A stretch of 64,000 nucleotides of DNA, taken from NCBI GenBank assembly GCA_964418775.1, contig CAYQNA010000001.1:446-64445 (forward strand), given 5' to 3'. The notes beneath the pieces were generated by a model. It made no database searches. It was not told the DNA's origin and worked only from the letters and a program-made list of their open reading frames with translations. Position 1 is the stretch's first letter; each line of letters starts with the position of its first letter. The stretch is from an uncultured Gammaproteobacteria bacterium. Lineage in GTDB: Bacteria > Patescibacteriota > Patescibacteriia > Magasanikbacterales > UBA922. This document shows positions 48,501 through 58,085 of the stretch, in pieces. A program made the position numbers and the translations under genes.

Positions 48501-49073
48501 GGTCGTCTCGCCGAAATCTTTATTGACATGTACAAGGAAGGCGCTGGCTTCCGCAGTATGTTGAACATGTTTGCCATTTCGGTGTCCATGGGCTTGCAGT
48601 ACGGCGTCCCACTAGAAAAGTTCGTGGAAAACTTTGTCTTTACCCGCTTTGAACCAGCTGGCATGACTGACCACCCAAATGTAAAAATTTGTACCTCGGT
48701 TGTCGACTTTGTCTTCCGCGTACTTGGTATGGAATACTTGGGTCGCACTGATTTTGTGCAGGTTAAGCCACGCGGGATTCAAAAAAATCGCATCGAGCAA
48801 ATGATTGCCATGCAAGACGGTCACAGTACGGCGCAGGCCAGCATTACTGACATGATCGCAACCACGCCATCCGAAGCCATTGCCCCAAAAGCCGAAGTTA
48901 CGGCCGAAGAGGCTGACCGCGAGGCACCACTTGAATCCGGTGATGGCATGGACGCCGCCCTCAGCGAAATGATGGGTGATGCCCCAGCTTGCCCAACGTG
49001 TGGCCACATTACAGTGCGCAACGGTTCGTGCTACAAATGTTTGAACTGTGGCGACTCACTTGGTTGCAGCTAA
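45597..49073 (+). CDS. nrdJ: Adenosylcobalamin-dependent (class II) ribonucleotide reductase
   Basis: NrdJ N-terminus (…IQRRFSQDGINPYD…), the 10-stranded barrel catalytic core, and a C-terminal zinc ribbon CPTCG…CYKCLNCG. Confidence 0.85.
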   Translation: MGPTDARFIQSLKLGQSENTSFSYHTDGLRIQRRFSQDGINPYDLVEYEKRSSVIREPDGTVVFEMKDLEIPKSWSQVATDIIAQKYFRKAGVPQFNADGTPKLNADGSPVLGSETSAKQTVHRLAGTWRYWGEKYGYFASPEDAQIFYDEVALMLLRQMAAPNSPQWFNTGLHWAYGINSQAQGHYYVDPDTGVMTRAKDAYSHPQPHACFIQSIDDDLVNEGGIMDLWVREARLFKYGSGTGTNFSNLRGSGEPLSGGGRSSGLMSWLKIGDRAAAAIKSGGTTRRAAKMVILNLDHPDIEKFINWKVEEEKKVAAMIAAGYPSDYEGEAYQTVSGQNSNNSIRVPNKYMEALEHDGTWSLTWRTDGSVCKTLKARELWDQIAFAAWACADPGLQYDDNINEWHTCPQSGRINGTNPCSEYVFLDNTACNLASLNLAHFFDSATQTFDVDGFKHATRLWTVVLEISVLMAQFPSKEIAQGSYDFRTLGLGYANIGSVLMMSGIPYESDEAYAFTGTVTALMTAESYRTSAEMARFLGTFPKYELNKKDMLRVVRNHRRAAFNAPDSEYEKLTIKPVGIKAEFAPAYLLAAARESWNEAVEWGEKHGYRNAQTTLLAPTGTIGLLMDCSTTGVEPDFALVKFKKLAGGGYFKIVNEAVPAALKNLGYTDTQMQAIMDYMKGTADITNAPHINAASLKAKGFNDDDVAALNKALLGAFELKFAFNVWTLGEDCLKRLGFSPAEYNDAKFNPLTALGFTEAQIEAANEYVCGTMTIEGAPGLKAEHYPVFDCANKCGKKGQRYIHWRGHLRMMASAQPFLSGAISKTINMPNEATVDDVKQAYHESWELCLKAVALYRDGCKLSQPLATSSKKIEAKEEEKVEAKVDEAKTEVMAKEMAAAMERVQQMLAAHSADSHAMETYGRDGSVTERRVYLHGEKRQLPAKRAGITVSAKIGNQQIWLRTGEYPDGRLAEIFIDMYKEGAGFRSMLNMFAISVSMGLQYGVPLEKFVENFVFTRFEPAGMTDHPNVKICTSVVDFVFRVLGMEYLGRTDFVQVKPRGIQKNRIEQMIAMQDGHSTAQASITDMIATTPSEAIAPKAEVTAEEADREAPLESGDGMDAALSEMMGDAPACPTCGHITVRNGSCYKCLNCGDSLGCS

Positions 49074-49128
49074 AAGAATGCTAAATAAAAAATCCCTCGG
49101 CAACGGGGGATTTTTTAATTGAAAATAT

Positions 49129-49824
49129 TTACTTCCCGCGATTGCGCTGCTGCTCGGCAAACCAGCTCAAGGCTTGCTGCAATTCGCTTTCGTCGAACGC
49201 GGGCCATTTGGTTTGGGTAAAATATAATTCGGCGTAAATACATTGCCAAGTGAGGAATCCAGAGAGGCGTTGGTTACCTGCGGTGCGAATAACCATATCC
49301 ACTTCGGGTAAGCCGGCCGTGTCTAAACTGTCAGTAATTACCTGCTCGGTAATGTCCGCGGTGGGAATTTTGTGATCAACAATTTTGCGCACAGCGCGCA
49401 CCAATTCATCGCGACCACCGTAGTTGACTGCCAGCGTCAGCACTAAACCTTGGTTATGGCGCGTTTCCTGTGCCACTTTTTCTAGGGTCGCGCGGGTTTT
49501 TTCGGGCAGTCCTGCCAAATCACCGATCAAGCGTAATTGCGCGCTATTTTTGATAAAGTCATCCAGGTAATCAACCAGTTGTTCAAACAAAGAGAATAAA
49601 TGTTTGAGCTCCTCGGCACTGCGCTCCTTTAGGTTTTCAGTCGACAGCGCGTACAGCGTTAAGTAAGGAATACCAGCTGTCTGGGCGGCTTTGGCAATGG
49701 TTTTGAGGTTTTTGGCACCCTGCGTGTGACCCATCATCTTGGGTAAACCGCGTTCAGTCGCCCAGCGACGGTTACCATCCATAATAATCGCTAGGTGTTG
49801 CGGGACAGGGGAGATTTGTGTCAT
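49129..49824 (-). CDS. uppS: Undecaprenyl-diphosphate synthase
   Basis: IMDGNRRWA and the cis-prenyltransferase fold. Confidence 0.85.
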   Translation of the reverse strand: MTQISPVPQHLAIIMDGNRRWATERGLPKMMGHTQGAKNLKTIAKAAQTAGIPYLTLYALSTENLKERSAEELKHLFSLFEQLVDYLDDFIKNSAQLRLIGDLAGLPEKTRATLEKVAQETRHNQGLVLTLAVNYGGRDELVRAVRKIVDHKIPTADITEQVITDSLDTAGLPEVDMVIRTAGNQRLSGFLTWQCIYAELYFTQTKWPAFDESELQQALSWFAEQQRNRGK

Positions 49825-49865
49825 AGTGAATCCAGCTTAGCGAATCTTTAAGAACTTGGCAAGGT

Positions 49866-50408
49866 ATGAAAATTTATACAAAAACTGGTGATACTGGGGA
49901 AACTGGCCTGTTGGGGGGTAAACGGGTGCGCAAAGATGCGCCCGAAATTGAGGCGATTGGCACTGTGGACGAATTGAATAGCGCCGTTGGATTGCTTGTG
50001 GCTAGTTTGGGCGCCGAGGCTGCACACATGCCAATGCTTCGGCAAATTCAAAATAATTTATTTGTAGTTGGTGGGCAATTGGCCGCAGTGCAAACGGATT
50101 TGCTGACCGTACCAACCATTAGCGAGGCCCACATTGCTGCCTTGGAAACGTGGATTGACGAAATGTCAGCGAGTTTGCCCACACTTACACAATTTATTTT
50201 GCCTGGTGGAACAATCCCGGCGACCCAGGCCTTTGTGGTCCGGGCCATTTGCCGCCGCGCCGAACGGCAAGTTGTGTCTTTGGTTGCTCAGTATCCAGAT
50301 GCATTACTTGCCCAAAAATATCTCAATCGTCTGAGCGACGCCCTTTTCGTGTTTGCCCGTTTACTTAACGCACGTGCGAATCAGCCCGAAATTTTGTGGG
50401 AGAAATAG
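49866..50408 (+). CDS. PduO-type ATP:cob(I)alamin adenosyltransferase
   Basis: N-terminus MKIYTKTGDTGETGLLGG…VRKD is the PduO/MMAB signature. Confidence 0.8.
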   Translation: MKIYTKTGDTGETGLLGGKRVRKDAPEIEAIGTVDELNSAVGLLVASLGAEAAHMPMLRQIQNNLFVVGGQLAAVQTDLLTVPTISEAHIAALETWIDEMSASLPTLTQFILPGGTIPATQAFVVRAICRRAERQVVSLVAQYPDALLAQKYLNRLSDALFVFARLLNARANQPEILWEK

Positions 50409-51135
50409 TTGGCGCCCAATCCCACAACATTTCAAAGATCATTTTAAACACATCAACCATTGGCGAAATCGCAATCACCACCGCCAAAGCCGATAGCTCT
50501 GGGCTCATAATTAAAATTTTATCATCAAAAATATCAATCGTACTGTTGAAGGTGTACCTCGACGGCGCATATTTAATTGTTCGCAATAGTTTTGTATTAT
50601 CAATTTCATTGACTGGCCGCGAGTCATCAGTGAGCAAAAGGCGGGTGCTAATTTTGGCCGCCGCGCGCTCTTCACGATAGTGAGTAAAAAAATCTATATC
50701 ATAACCAAGCCATGCATTAGAATTTCCAATAATCACGTACGATTTTCGTTTATACTCAAGTAAAATATTTTGGTAAAAAAGTTTAAGTTCATCAATTGTT
50801 TCGATTGGGCGCACCCCTTCGATTTTTAAATTTTTCTTAGCCAATGTTTCCAGGCTGGGAATAAGTTCGGTAAATGCCGTTAGTTTTTTGGTAAAAAAAT
50901 GTTTAACCCGTTCAGGACGTTCGGCGTAATACAGCTGAGTATTGTGCCGCATGTACATGGCGACAAATCCTTTGCGCGTTAAAGATTTTAGAATCGCGTA
51001 AATTGTGGTGCGCTTAAGGCCAGTATCGCGCGCTACGGTACTGGCACGGGCTCCGCCAAGACGAAGGAGGGCTACGTAAACCTCGGTCTCGGGTTGGGTA
51101 AGGCCAAGGTCATGGAGAACGTCAGTGTTAGGCAT
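50365..51135 (-). CDS. TrmB-family HTH transcriptional regulator
   Basis: N-terminal wHTH (LGLTQPETEVYVALLRLGGARASTVARDTGLKRTTIYAILKSL) plus a C-terminal TrmB-like sensor region. Confidence 0.5.
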   Translation of the reverse strand: MPNTDVLHDLGLTQPETEVYVALLRLGGARASTVARDTGLKRTTIYAILKSLTRKGFVAMYMRHNTQLYYAERPERVKHFFTKKLTAFTELIPSLETLAKKNLKIEGVRPIETIDELKLFYQNILLEYKRKSYVIIGNSNAWLGYDIDFFTHYREERAAAKISTRLLLTDDSRPVNEIDNTKLLRTIKYAPSRYTFNSTIDIFDDKILIMSPELSALAVVIAISPMVDVFKMIFEMLWDWAPTISPTKFRADSHVR

Positions 51136-51226
51136 ATTCTGTTGTCAAAAAAATTAGACACTATATATATTAGCTTATATTATGGCATATTTTAGATAAA
51201 AAGTCGATATATCTTGTCGTAAATGA

Positions 51227-52627
51227 TTGAACATAAAACAAAAATATCGTATGCTGGGTCATCAGAGATTAATCAGTGACTTTAAGGATATGAACCCAAA
51301 ACAACTGTTTTCAAGCGATATTTTAAATTATCAGGTACAGACTACCAAGCTGGGGCAGACTAATTACGTGAATTTGGATAATGCAGCCACTACGCCACCA
51401 TTAGCCGTAGTAGAAGCCGCTGTAGCTGATTACTTAAAAGGGTATGGGTCAGTGCATCGTGGGGCTGGAACCAAATCGCAAATTTCGACTACTGTGTATG
51501 AAGTCAGTCGCGAAACGATCAAACAATTTGTGAATGCACCCAGCGATGCGTATGTGTTATTTACGGGTAACACAACTGGGGCCACAAACACCCTCGCATA
51601 TTTTTTTGCGTTTTTGCGTGGCAAAGTGGCCGTGTCGATCATTGAACATAGTGCTTCGTGGCTGCCCTGGATTAAGGCCGAGGGCGTAAAGGCCTTGGGC
51701 CGCAAACAAGTGTGTATGAATGATTTGGAAGCCGTAAACATAAAAATTCAAAACGCTGGTCGTGTTCAGGTATTGCAGTATGATATTAATAATCAATTTG
51801 AGTTTGATTTAACTAAGTTAGAAACGTTGTTGCAAAAAAACTATGTTAAGGCCTTGGTTGTTACAGCTTCTTCAAACATTACGGGGTATTGTCCGGATTT
51901 AAAAAAAATTGGAGCGTTGGCTCATAAATACGGCGCCTACTTTATTGTAGATGGTTGTCAGTATATCCAACACCATGAGTTGGATATACAGGCGTTGGGT
52001 GTTGATTTCTTGCTTGGTTCAGGACACAAGTTTTATGCCCCGTATGGCGGCGGTTTCGTGATTGGACCAAAGAAATTTTTTGATCAATTTTTACCATACC
52101 AAATTGGGGGCGGTAACTTACCGTACATTACGGAGGGCGGTGAATTTTTGCGTTATACTAATCAACTGGCCCATGATCCGGGTACGCCAAATGCGGTTGG
52201 TGCGGTAGCTATGGCGAGCGCGTTGGCAAAATTACGTGAAATTGGTTTACAAAATGTCGAGATTTATGAAAAGAAGTTAACGCAACGTGCCTATGATTAT
52301 ATGCGTTCCAATCCTAGAATTACCATGCATGTGCCAGTCAATCATTTGAGTACAGTTATTTCTTTTTCGGTTAAGGATGCTTCGAGTGTAAAGGTGGCCG
52401 AGCGCTTGAATACTGAATTTGGGATTGGTGTGCGGGCTGGGAGTTTTTGTGCGTACCGTGCCGTGCGTCGATTATTGGGCGTTAGAGACGATGACAAAAT
52501 TGCTGCGGCCGTGCGTAATGGCGACACAAGCTTAATTCCTAAAGTGATCCGTGCTTCATTTGGTTTGTGCAATTCCGAGGCTGATGTTGATCGTTTGATT
52601 ACGGCGTTAACTGAAATTACTAAGTAA
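51227..52627 (+). CDS. Class-V aminotransferase-fold PLP enzyme (cysteine-desulfurase/SufS-like)
   Basis: Fold-type I PLP protein with an SGHKFY lysine motif. The start is ambiguous (TTG 51227 or ATG 51251). Confidence 0.65.
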   Translation: MNIKQKYRMLGHQRLISDFKDMNPKQLFSSDILNYQVQTTKLGQTNYVNLDNAATTPPLAVVEAAVADYLKGYGSVHRGAGTKSQISTTVYEVSRETIKQFVNAPSDAYVLFTGNTTGATNTLAYFFAFLRGKVAVSIIEHSASWLPWIKAEGVKALGRKQVCMNDLEAVNIKIQNAGRVQVLQYDINNQFEFDLTKLETLLQKNYVKALVVTASSNITGYCPDLKKIGALAHKYGAYFIVDGCQYIQHHELDIQALGVDFLLGSGHKFYAPYGGGFVIGPKKFFDQFLPYQIGGGNLPYITEGGEFLRYTNQLAHDPGTPNAVGAVAMASALAKLREIGLQNVEIYEKKLTQRAYDYMRSNPRITMHVPVNHLSTVISFSVKDASSVKVAERLNTEFGIGVRAGSFCAYRAVRRLLGVRDDDKIAAAVRNGDTSLIPKVIRASFGLCNSEADVDRLITALTEITK

Positions 52628-52645
52628 TAATCATTTGTTCAATCT

Positions 52646-53353
52646 ATGAAAATTTCTAAAACCACTAATGTTAAACCGAGCGACTTAAATTACGATCGTT
52701 ATACGCGTAACCAATATGACCGGGACATTGCGCATGTGATTCCTGCACATAAAGAACTACACGAGTGTTTACTAAAGTTTTTACTAAAGAAATATCCAAC
52801 AACTCAGGCTCTTAATATTTTGGACTTAGGTACGGGTACGGCCATTACGAGCGCACTGGTGCGCAACAAGTTTCCGAACGCCACCTTTGATTTGGTTGAT
52901 TTTTCTAAACAAATGCTCGCCGGTGCGCGCCAGCGTATGGGCCCCAAAAATGTGCGCTATATTCTCGGTGATTTTTCGCTGTTGAAATTTGACCATACGT
53001 ACGACGTGGTCATGACCGTAATCGGAGCGCACCACCAAACAAGCGTGGGTATACGTCGATTGTTCAAAAAAATGAGTAAACAAATTCAATCAGGTGGTTT
53101 TTTGGTAATTGGTGATTTGGTAACTTTTAAGGATAAATATAAGGCCGCTTTTAACAATGCCAAACATTATCATCACTTGGTTGAGCGCGCTTCCAATAAC
53201 AAGGTTTTGGCAGAGTGGGCGCATCATCACCAATTTTTAAATGACCTTAAAACTATTGAGGATTATTGCCAATGGCTTAGAGACGCGGGGTTTAAAGTGG
53301 TGTATCAGTTTAATCAGTGGAATACAGCGCTTTTAATTGCGCAAAAAGTTTAA
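52646..53353 (+). CDS. Class I SAM-dependent methyltransferase
   Basis: Motif I ILDLGTGTAITSALV. Confidence 0.55.
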   Translation: MKISKTTNVKPSDLNYDRYTRNQYDRDIAHVIPAHKELHECLLKFLLKKYPTTQALNILDLGTGTAITSALVRNKFPNATFDLVDFSKQMLAGARQRMGPKNVRYILGDFSLLKFDHTYDVVMTVIGAHHQTSVGIRRLFKKMSKQIQSGGFLVIGDLVTFKDKYKAAFNNAKHYHHLVERASNNKVLAEWAHHHQFLNDLKTIEDYCQWLRDAGFKVVYQFNQWNTALLIAQKV

Positions 53354-53630
53354 TTTAATACTGTTATTATGAATTAATTTGGGTCTCTTTTTGGTTCATC
53401 GCGTTATGGCCCACGAGGTATGTAGACATGACGCTGCTAGCTATGTGCTCCCAAGGGGGGGCTGGCCACACAAGGTTCGAGTGGTGTTTAAAGAATTAAA
53501 CAGTATAGAGAAATATATTGGAAGAATTCTGTTGAAGCCATTGGGCTTAAATTACTTGATTTTTAAGATCAGACCAACCCTGATTTAAGGTGTAGTTTGT
53601 GGTATAGTGTAGTGGTATTTAATCTACCCT

Positions 53631-54029
53631 ATGTTTTGGAAACTCTACGCCTTAACTTTGCCAGTCTTTTTCGCGATCGATATGGTGTGGTTGGGGCTCG
53701 TGGCCAAGAATTTTTACCGTAACCAGATTGGTTTTTTGATGCGCGAGACCCCAAATTGGACCGCGGCAATTTTGTTTTACCTGCTGTTCATGGTCGGATT
53801 AATTATTTTTGTGATTCAGCCCGCGGTCATAAAGCGCGAGTGGGTGTATGCCCTGCAGTATGGTGCCTTGTTTGGGTTTATGACCTATGCTACCTATGAT
53901 CTGACTAATTTGGCCGTGACCAAAAATTGGCCATTAACCGTCACAATTGTTGATTTACTGTGGGGCACGGTGTTGGCGGCCTCGGTTTCGGCCGTAGTCT
54001 ATTGGGCAGCCACAAAATTAGGCCTGTAA
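53631..54029 (+). CDS. DUF2177-family membrane protein
   Basis: 132 aa, 4 TM, with a conserved YDLTNLA segment. Confidence 0.4.
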   Translation: MFWKLYALTLPVFFAIDMVWLGLVAKNFYRNQIGFLMRETPNWTAAILFYLLFMVGLIIFVIQPAVIKREWVYALQYGALFGFMTYATYDLTNLAVTKNWPLTVTIVDLLWGTVLAASVSAVVYWAATKLGL

Positions 54030-54030
54030 T

Positions 54031-54795
54031 ATGAACCTGTGGCACTCGTTGGGATTTGTTTTGGCCTACATGTGTGTCTGGTTTGCAATTTCGCTTATCA
54101 AAAAACGCAACGACGTGGCTGATACTGCGTGGGGATTGGGGTTTGTGCTGTTGGCCTGGGTCAGTTTTGTCTTCAGTTCAGGCAAAAACAACGCCGCCTT
54201 ATTGATTAATATTTTGGTCACAATTTGGGGCCTGCGTCTAGCGTACCACATTCATAAGCGCAATCATAATAAGCCCGAGGACGCTCGCTACCAACAATGG
54301 CGAATGCAATGGAAATATTTTTATACCCGGAGTTTTTTTCAGGTCTTCACGCTGCAGGGTATCCTGCTGTGGTTAATTTCGTGGCCGATTATTTTTGTAA
54401 ATTTTAACGAAAAACTCGTTAATTTTAACGGGATTTCTTATTTAGGTCTGATGCTTTGGGTAATTGGTTTTTGGTTCGAAAGTGTCGGCGACGCACAATT
54501 AAAAAAATTCATTAGCAACCCTGCTAACAAAGGTAAATTAATGACCACTGGTTTGTGGAAATATTCACGCCACCCCAATTATTTTGGCGAGGTGACGCAG
54601 TGGTGGGGAATTTATATAATCGCACTAGGGGTTCCTGTTGGTTGGTTTGTAATTGTTGGGCCGCTCACGATTACTGCGTTGATCGTGTTTGTCTCGGGTA
54701 TCCCAATGACTGAAAAGCGTTACGCTGGCCGGCCAGATTGGGAGGAATATAAACGTCGCACGAGCGCCTTAATTCCCCTGCCACCCCGGGCTTGA
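54031..54795 (+). CDS. DUF1295 / steroid-5α-reductase-like membrane protein
   Basis: C-terminal YSRHPNYFGE motif. Its start overlaps the upstream stop (TAATATG). Confidence 0.5.
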   Translation: MNLWHSLGFVLAYMCVWFAISLIKKRNDVADTAWGLGFVLLAWVSFVFSSGKNNAALLINILVTIWGLRLAYHIHKRNHNKPEDARYQQWRMQWKYFYTRSFFQVFTLQGILLWLISWPIIFVNFNEKLVNFNGISYLGLMLWVIGFWFESVGDAQLKKFISNPANKGKLMTTGLWKYSRHPNYFGEVTQWWGIYIIALGVPVGWFVIVGPLTITALIVFVSGIPMTEKRYAGRPDWEEYKRRTSALIPLPPRA

Positions 54796-54829
54796 ATTTC
54801 CTGGGATGGTTTGTTAGTATAGACCCACT

Positions 54830-54912
54830 GCCGCGATGGCGAAATGGTATACGCTAGGGACTTAAAATCCCTCGTCCGTAAGGGCATGCGGGTTCGAGTC
54901 CCGCTCGCGGCA
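54830..54912 (+). tRNA. tRNA-Leu (anticodon TAA)
   Basis: Anticodon loop CTTAAAA, long variable arm, T-loop GGTTCGAGTCC. Confidence 0.8.
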
Positions 54913-54924
54913 CTAGGTAGTTTG

Positions 54925-54951
54925 AAACAGCTTTTAAAGGCTGTTTTTTAG
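54925..54951 (+). terminator. Intrinsic terminator after tRNA-Leu
   Basis: AAACAGC-ttttaaag-GCTGTTT followed by a T-run. Confidence 0.55.
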
Positions 54952-55049
54952 TTTATCCACAGATTTAACAATAAACATATATTGACAAACAATAAATACC
55001 GGGCTATGCTGAGACTATAGACTTTAACTAAGCCGCGCCCTAAAGGACG

Positions 55050-55559
55050 TTGCGTGGCATGATTTCGACAAATCATATGAAAACAGGCTCAATTCGTTTT
55101 TTACAGGTCGTGCTCGTGCTAATTGGGGCGGCAGTTTTGGCCGCAATGTTAGTGGAACCGTGGTTCGAGGGGGTCAATGCTGGGGCGACTTCGTATAAAC
55201 AAATTTATTTTGACGATCTGTTCCTGGCCTATGCGTACACCGCCTCGATCGCATTTTTTGTGGCCCTGTATCAGGGTTTCAAACTGCTTGGGTCTGTGGC
55301 TCGGGGCCAAGTGTTTTCGGACCAATCAATCAAGGCCCTGCGCACAATTAAAAACTGCGCCATGCTTATGGTTGCCTTTGTTTTTGGCGCCGAGCTTTTT
55401 ATTTTCTTCAATCATGGCAACGATGACATGGCCGGTGGGGTTATGGTGGGTTTGGTGATAGCCGTAATTTCCAGCATTGCTGCAGCCGCCGCCGCTGTCT
55501 TCGAGCGTGCGCTCCAAAGTGCTGTGGACTTGAAGGCGGAAAATGACTTAACTGTCTAA
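55050..55559 (+). CDS. DUF2975-family membrane protein
   Basis: Four TM helices, immediately upstream of a YozG-like XRE regulator, which is the canonical pairing. Confidence 0.5.
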   Translation: MRGMISTNHMKTGSIRFLQVVLVLIGAAVLAAMLVEPWFEGVNAGATSYKQIYFDDLFLAYAYTASIAFFVALYQGFKLLGSVARGQVFSDQSIKALRTIKNCAMLMVAFVFGAELFIFFNHGNDDMAGGVMVGLVIAVISSIAAAAAAVFERALQSAVDLKAENDLTV

Positions 55560-55564
55560 CGCCT

Positions 55565-55771
55565 ATGTCTATTATCATAAACATTGACGTAATGCTCGCC
55601 AAACGCAAAATGAGCGTCACGGAACTAACCGAAAAAGTGGGGATTACAATGGCTAATTTGTCGATTTTGAAAAATGGCAAAGCGAGAGCGATTCGGTTTT
55701 CCACGCTCGAGGCCGTGTGCGCCGCACTCGATTGCCAGCCTGGCGATATTATCGAGTTTAAGAAGTCCTAG
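55565..55771 (+). CDS. XRE-family HTH transcriptional regulator (YozG-like)
   Basis: 68 aa with an HTH_26-like sequence (…MSVTELTEKVGITMANLSILKNGKARAIRFSTLEAVCAALDCQPGDIIEF). Confidence 0.7.
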   Translation: MSIIINIDVMLAKRKMSVTELTEKVGITMANLSILKNGKARAIRFSTLEAVCAALDCQPGDIIEFKKS

Positions 55772-56524
55772 TTATTTGTAGATTACGGTGCCCTGAGCGG
55801 TCCAACCATGAACTTGGAAGAAAGTGTTGTCTTCGGGTTTGGTGGCGGCCACAAGAGTGGTCTTACCGGTCTTAAGGTTTAGACGATACACAGCGCCCCG
55901 TTCTTTGTCTGGATTTCCAGCGGCAAGAGCAAAGGCCACTTCAGTGCCATCGGGTGAAAGGCGAACATCACCAATAATTTGGTATGGTGCTGGTGGTGTA
56001 ATTGGGTAAAATTTTTGTAAATTGGTGGCTGGGTCAAGAGTCGTAATACCTTTGCCGCGAGGGTCTTCGTTGACCACATAGGCAATCAACGAGTCGTCGC
56101 TCATTACGTCCTGCGCACTGGTAAACATGGTTTTGGTAGTGATTTTACGCACCTCACCAGTCTCCAAATCAATACGCAATAAGGGGGTCTGAATAGTGTC
56201 AAACAAAATATATCCACCCAAGCCATCGGGGACCCGACGCATGTATACGGCTTTAGTCGTAGTCGCAAATAGTTCAAGGAACGACGGGCCGCCCACTGTG
56301 TTTTCGGCTAATATATTTTCGGATTTGATCGCCGCTGCGGTTGTTGGATTTTTGGCTGGTGTCGTTGTCACCAGTGTTGTCGATGGGGTGGGCGTTGCTG
56401 CTGGCTCTGTCTTACCTGTGGTGGTAATTGGGTTTAGAGCTGGTGCCTCAACCGTTTCGTAACGGCTGCAGCCTGCGCCAACCAGCAGGAGTGTGCAGGC
56501 CGCGATAAGAGAGTAATACTTCAT
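55772..56524 (-). CDS. Lipoprotein with a Thr-rich linker and TolB/PD40-like β-propeller blades
   Basis: Signal peptide with lipobox LLVGAGC. The ATG at 56524 is preferred over the ORF-track extension. Confidence 0.45.
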   Translation of the reverse strand: MKYYSLIAACTLLLVGAGCSRYETVEAPALNPITTTGKTEPAATPTPSTTLVTTTPAKNPTTAAAIKSENILAENTVGGPSFLELFATTTKAVYMRRVPDGLGGYILFDTIQTPLLRIDLETGEVRKITTKTMFTSAQDVMSDDSLIAYVVNEDPRGKGITTLDPATNLQKFYPITPPAPYQIIGDVRLSPDGTEVAFALAAGNPDKERGAVYRLNLKTGKTTLVAATKPEDNTFFQVHGWTAQGTVIYK

Positions 56525-56528
56525 ATAC

Positions 56529-57593
56529 TTAATTAATTTCGAGCTCGTTCTTGTAGTAGTGGTCGTAGATCGACATGATTGCCAAGTAGAGTGAAGCAAT
56601 GACTGGGCCAATGACAAAACCAGTGATACCAAAGAGAGCAATACCACCGAGCGTAGCGAAAAGGACGAGCAGTGGGTGCATTTCGGTGTCTTTGCCTACA
56701 AGCACAGGGCGGAGCAAATTGTCGACCAGACTAATGACAAACATACCCGCCAAAATAATGGTCATGCCTTGCCATACATTGCCCATGAGCAGCATGATGA
56801 GGCCGGCTGGCAACCAAACAAGCGCAGTTCCAAGCGCGGGAATAATCGAGAGTACAGCCATAATTAAACCCCACAAGAATGCTTCGGGAACGCCAGTAAT
56901 CGCGAACAAAATCGCCCCGAGTGCGCCTTGAACCAGGCCGATCACGACAGTGCCCTTGATGGTAGCGCGAGCGGTTGAGGTAAAGCGCTCGAATAGCATT
57001 TTTTCATATTTATCACCCAGTGGCGACAAATGCATGAGGCGCAATACCATGCGGTCGCCATCGCGGAAGAAATAGTACAATGAGTACAGCATGATAAAGA
57101 GCATGAAGAAGAAATTCAGCGAATTTTGGGTCGCGCTCTTAAGCCCGGTGAACACATATTGGTTAAGCCAGCCGCTGATATCAGATACGTATTTGGGCCA
57201 GTCAGTGCGGAGGTTTTCGAGGTATGGTGACAATGGTGTATTGGAAATATACGTAGTCCAGCCCTGGATATCTTCCATGAAGTTGTGTTGCGTCAAACTG
57301 TCGTAGAGCGAAATTGATTGGTTAACTAGGAGTGTACCGATGAGTGCGAGCGGAATAAAGATTGTTAGTACCACCACGGTAATCATGATTCCTGAAGTCA
57401 AACCAGGGGAGCGGAGGCGGTTATTGACCCAAACATAGTGTGGGTAGAACATGATTGCAATCACCGCGGCCCAAAAAATTGGATAGAAAAACGGGCGTAC
57501 CAAATACATCATGGCAATGGTAAGACCAAGAATCAGGGCCAAAAAGAAGAATGACCGCATTTTGCTAAAGCTGACTTTGTCAGACGAAGCCAT
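56529..57593 (-). CDS. AI-2E family (UPF0118/PerM-like) transporter
   Basis: Eight-TM topology with conserved AI-2E motifs. Confidence 0.7.
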   Translation of the reverse strand: MASSDKVSFSKMRSFFFLALILGLTIAMMYLVRPFFYPIFWAAVIAIMFYPHYVWVNNRLRSPGLTSGIMITVVVLTIFIPLALIGTLLVNQSISLYDSLTQHNFMEDIQGWTTYISNTPLSPYLENLRTDWPKYVSDISGWLNQYVFTGLKSATQNSLNFFFMLFIMLYSLYYFFRDGDRMVLRLMHLSPLGDKYEKMLFERFTSTARATIKGTVVIGLVQGALGAILFAITGVPEAFLWGLIMAVLSIIPALGTALVWLPAGLIMLLMGNVWQGMTIILAGMFVISLVDNLLRPVLVGKDTEMHPLLVLFATLGGIALFGITGFVIGPVIASLYLAIMSIYDHYYKNELEIN

Positions 57594-57620
57594 ATGCGTA
57601 GATAAAGAATGACCACGGTA

Positions 57621-58085
57621 TTATACCATGGTCTGGTCTTTTTTCCAGAAGATTGCCGAGAGAATTGCTAGTGTGGTTGAGGTTGCGGCCGAACCTAAAC
57701 AATAGTAGCAGTAGGCGTCGAGAATAAAAGCCTGTACGCCAACAAACCATAGTGACATTACTAGTCCAATTGGGGTTACCAGGCTGGCTAATCGGATCCA
57801 AGCGGGATTTTTCTTGTCCAAGTATAGTACGCACAGTACTATAATGAACAAGTAGTAGGTGGTACCAAGGTAGGCGACAGGGATACCAAGTATTTTGGAA
57901 TAACTGCTAGTGGTCACAACTTCGCACTGACTGCTGCCGCCGCATGGTGGCGGCACACCGCGCAAATGCTCGAACGACAAAAATGCTGCGTCGCCAAGAC
58001 CAATAAGCGCAACAACCAGCAGCGCAAGCGCAAACCAGCGGGGGACTGGCTTATTATTTGCTAACCAAAGCTTTAAATTCTTCAT
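57621..58085 (-). CDS. Vitamin K epoxide reductase (VKOR)-family protein
   Basis: Loop cysteine pair C-GGSSQ-C plus the TM4 CYYC active-site motif. Confidence 0.6.
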   Translation of the reverse strand: MKNLKLWLANNKPVPRWFALALLVVALIGLGDAAFLSFEHLRGVPPPCGGSSQCEVVTTSSYSKILGIPVAYLGTTYYLFIIVLCVLYLDKKNPAWIRLASLVTPIGLVMSLWFVGVQAFILDAYCYYCLGSAATSTTLAILSAIFWKKDQTMV

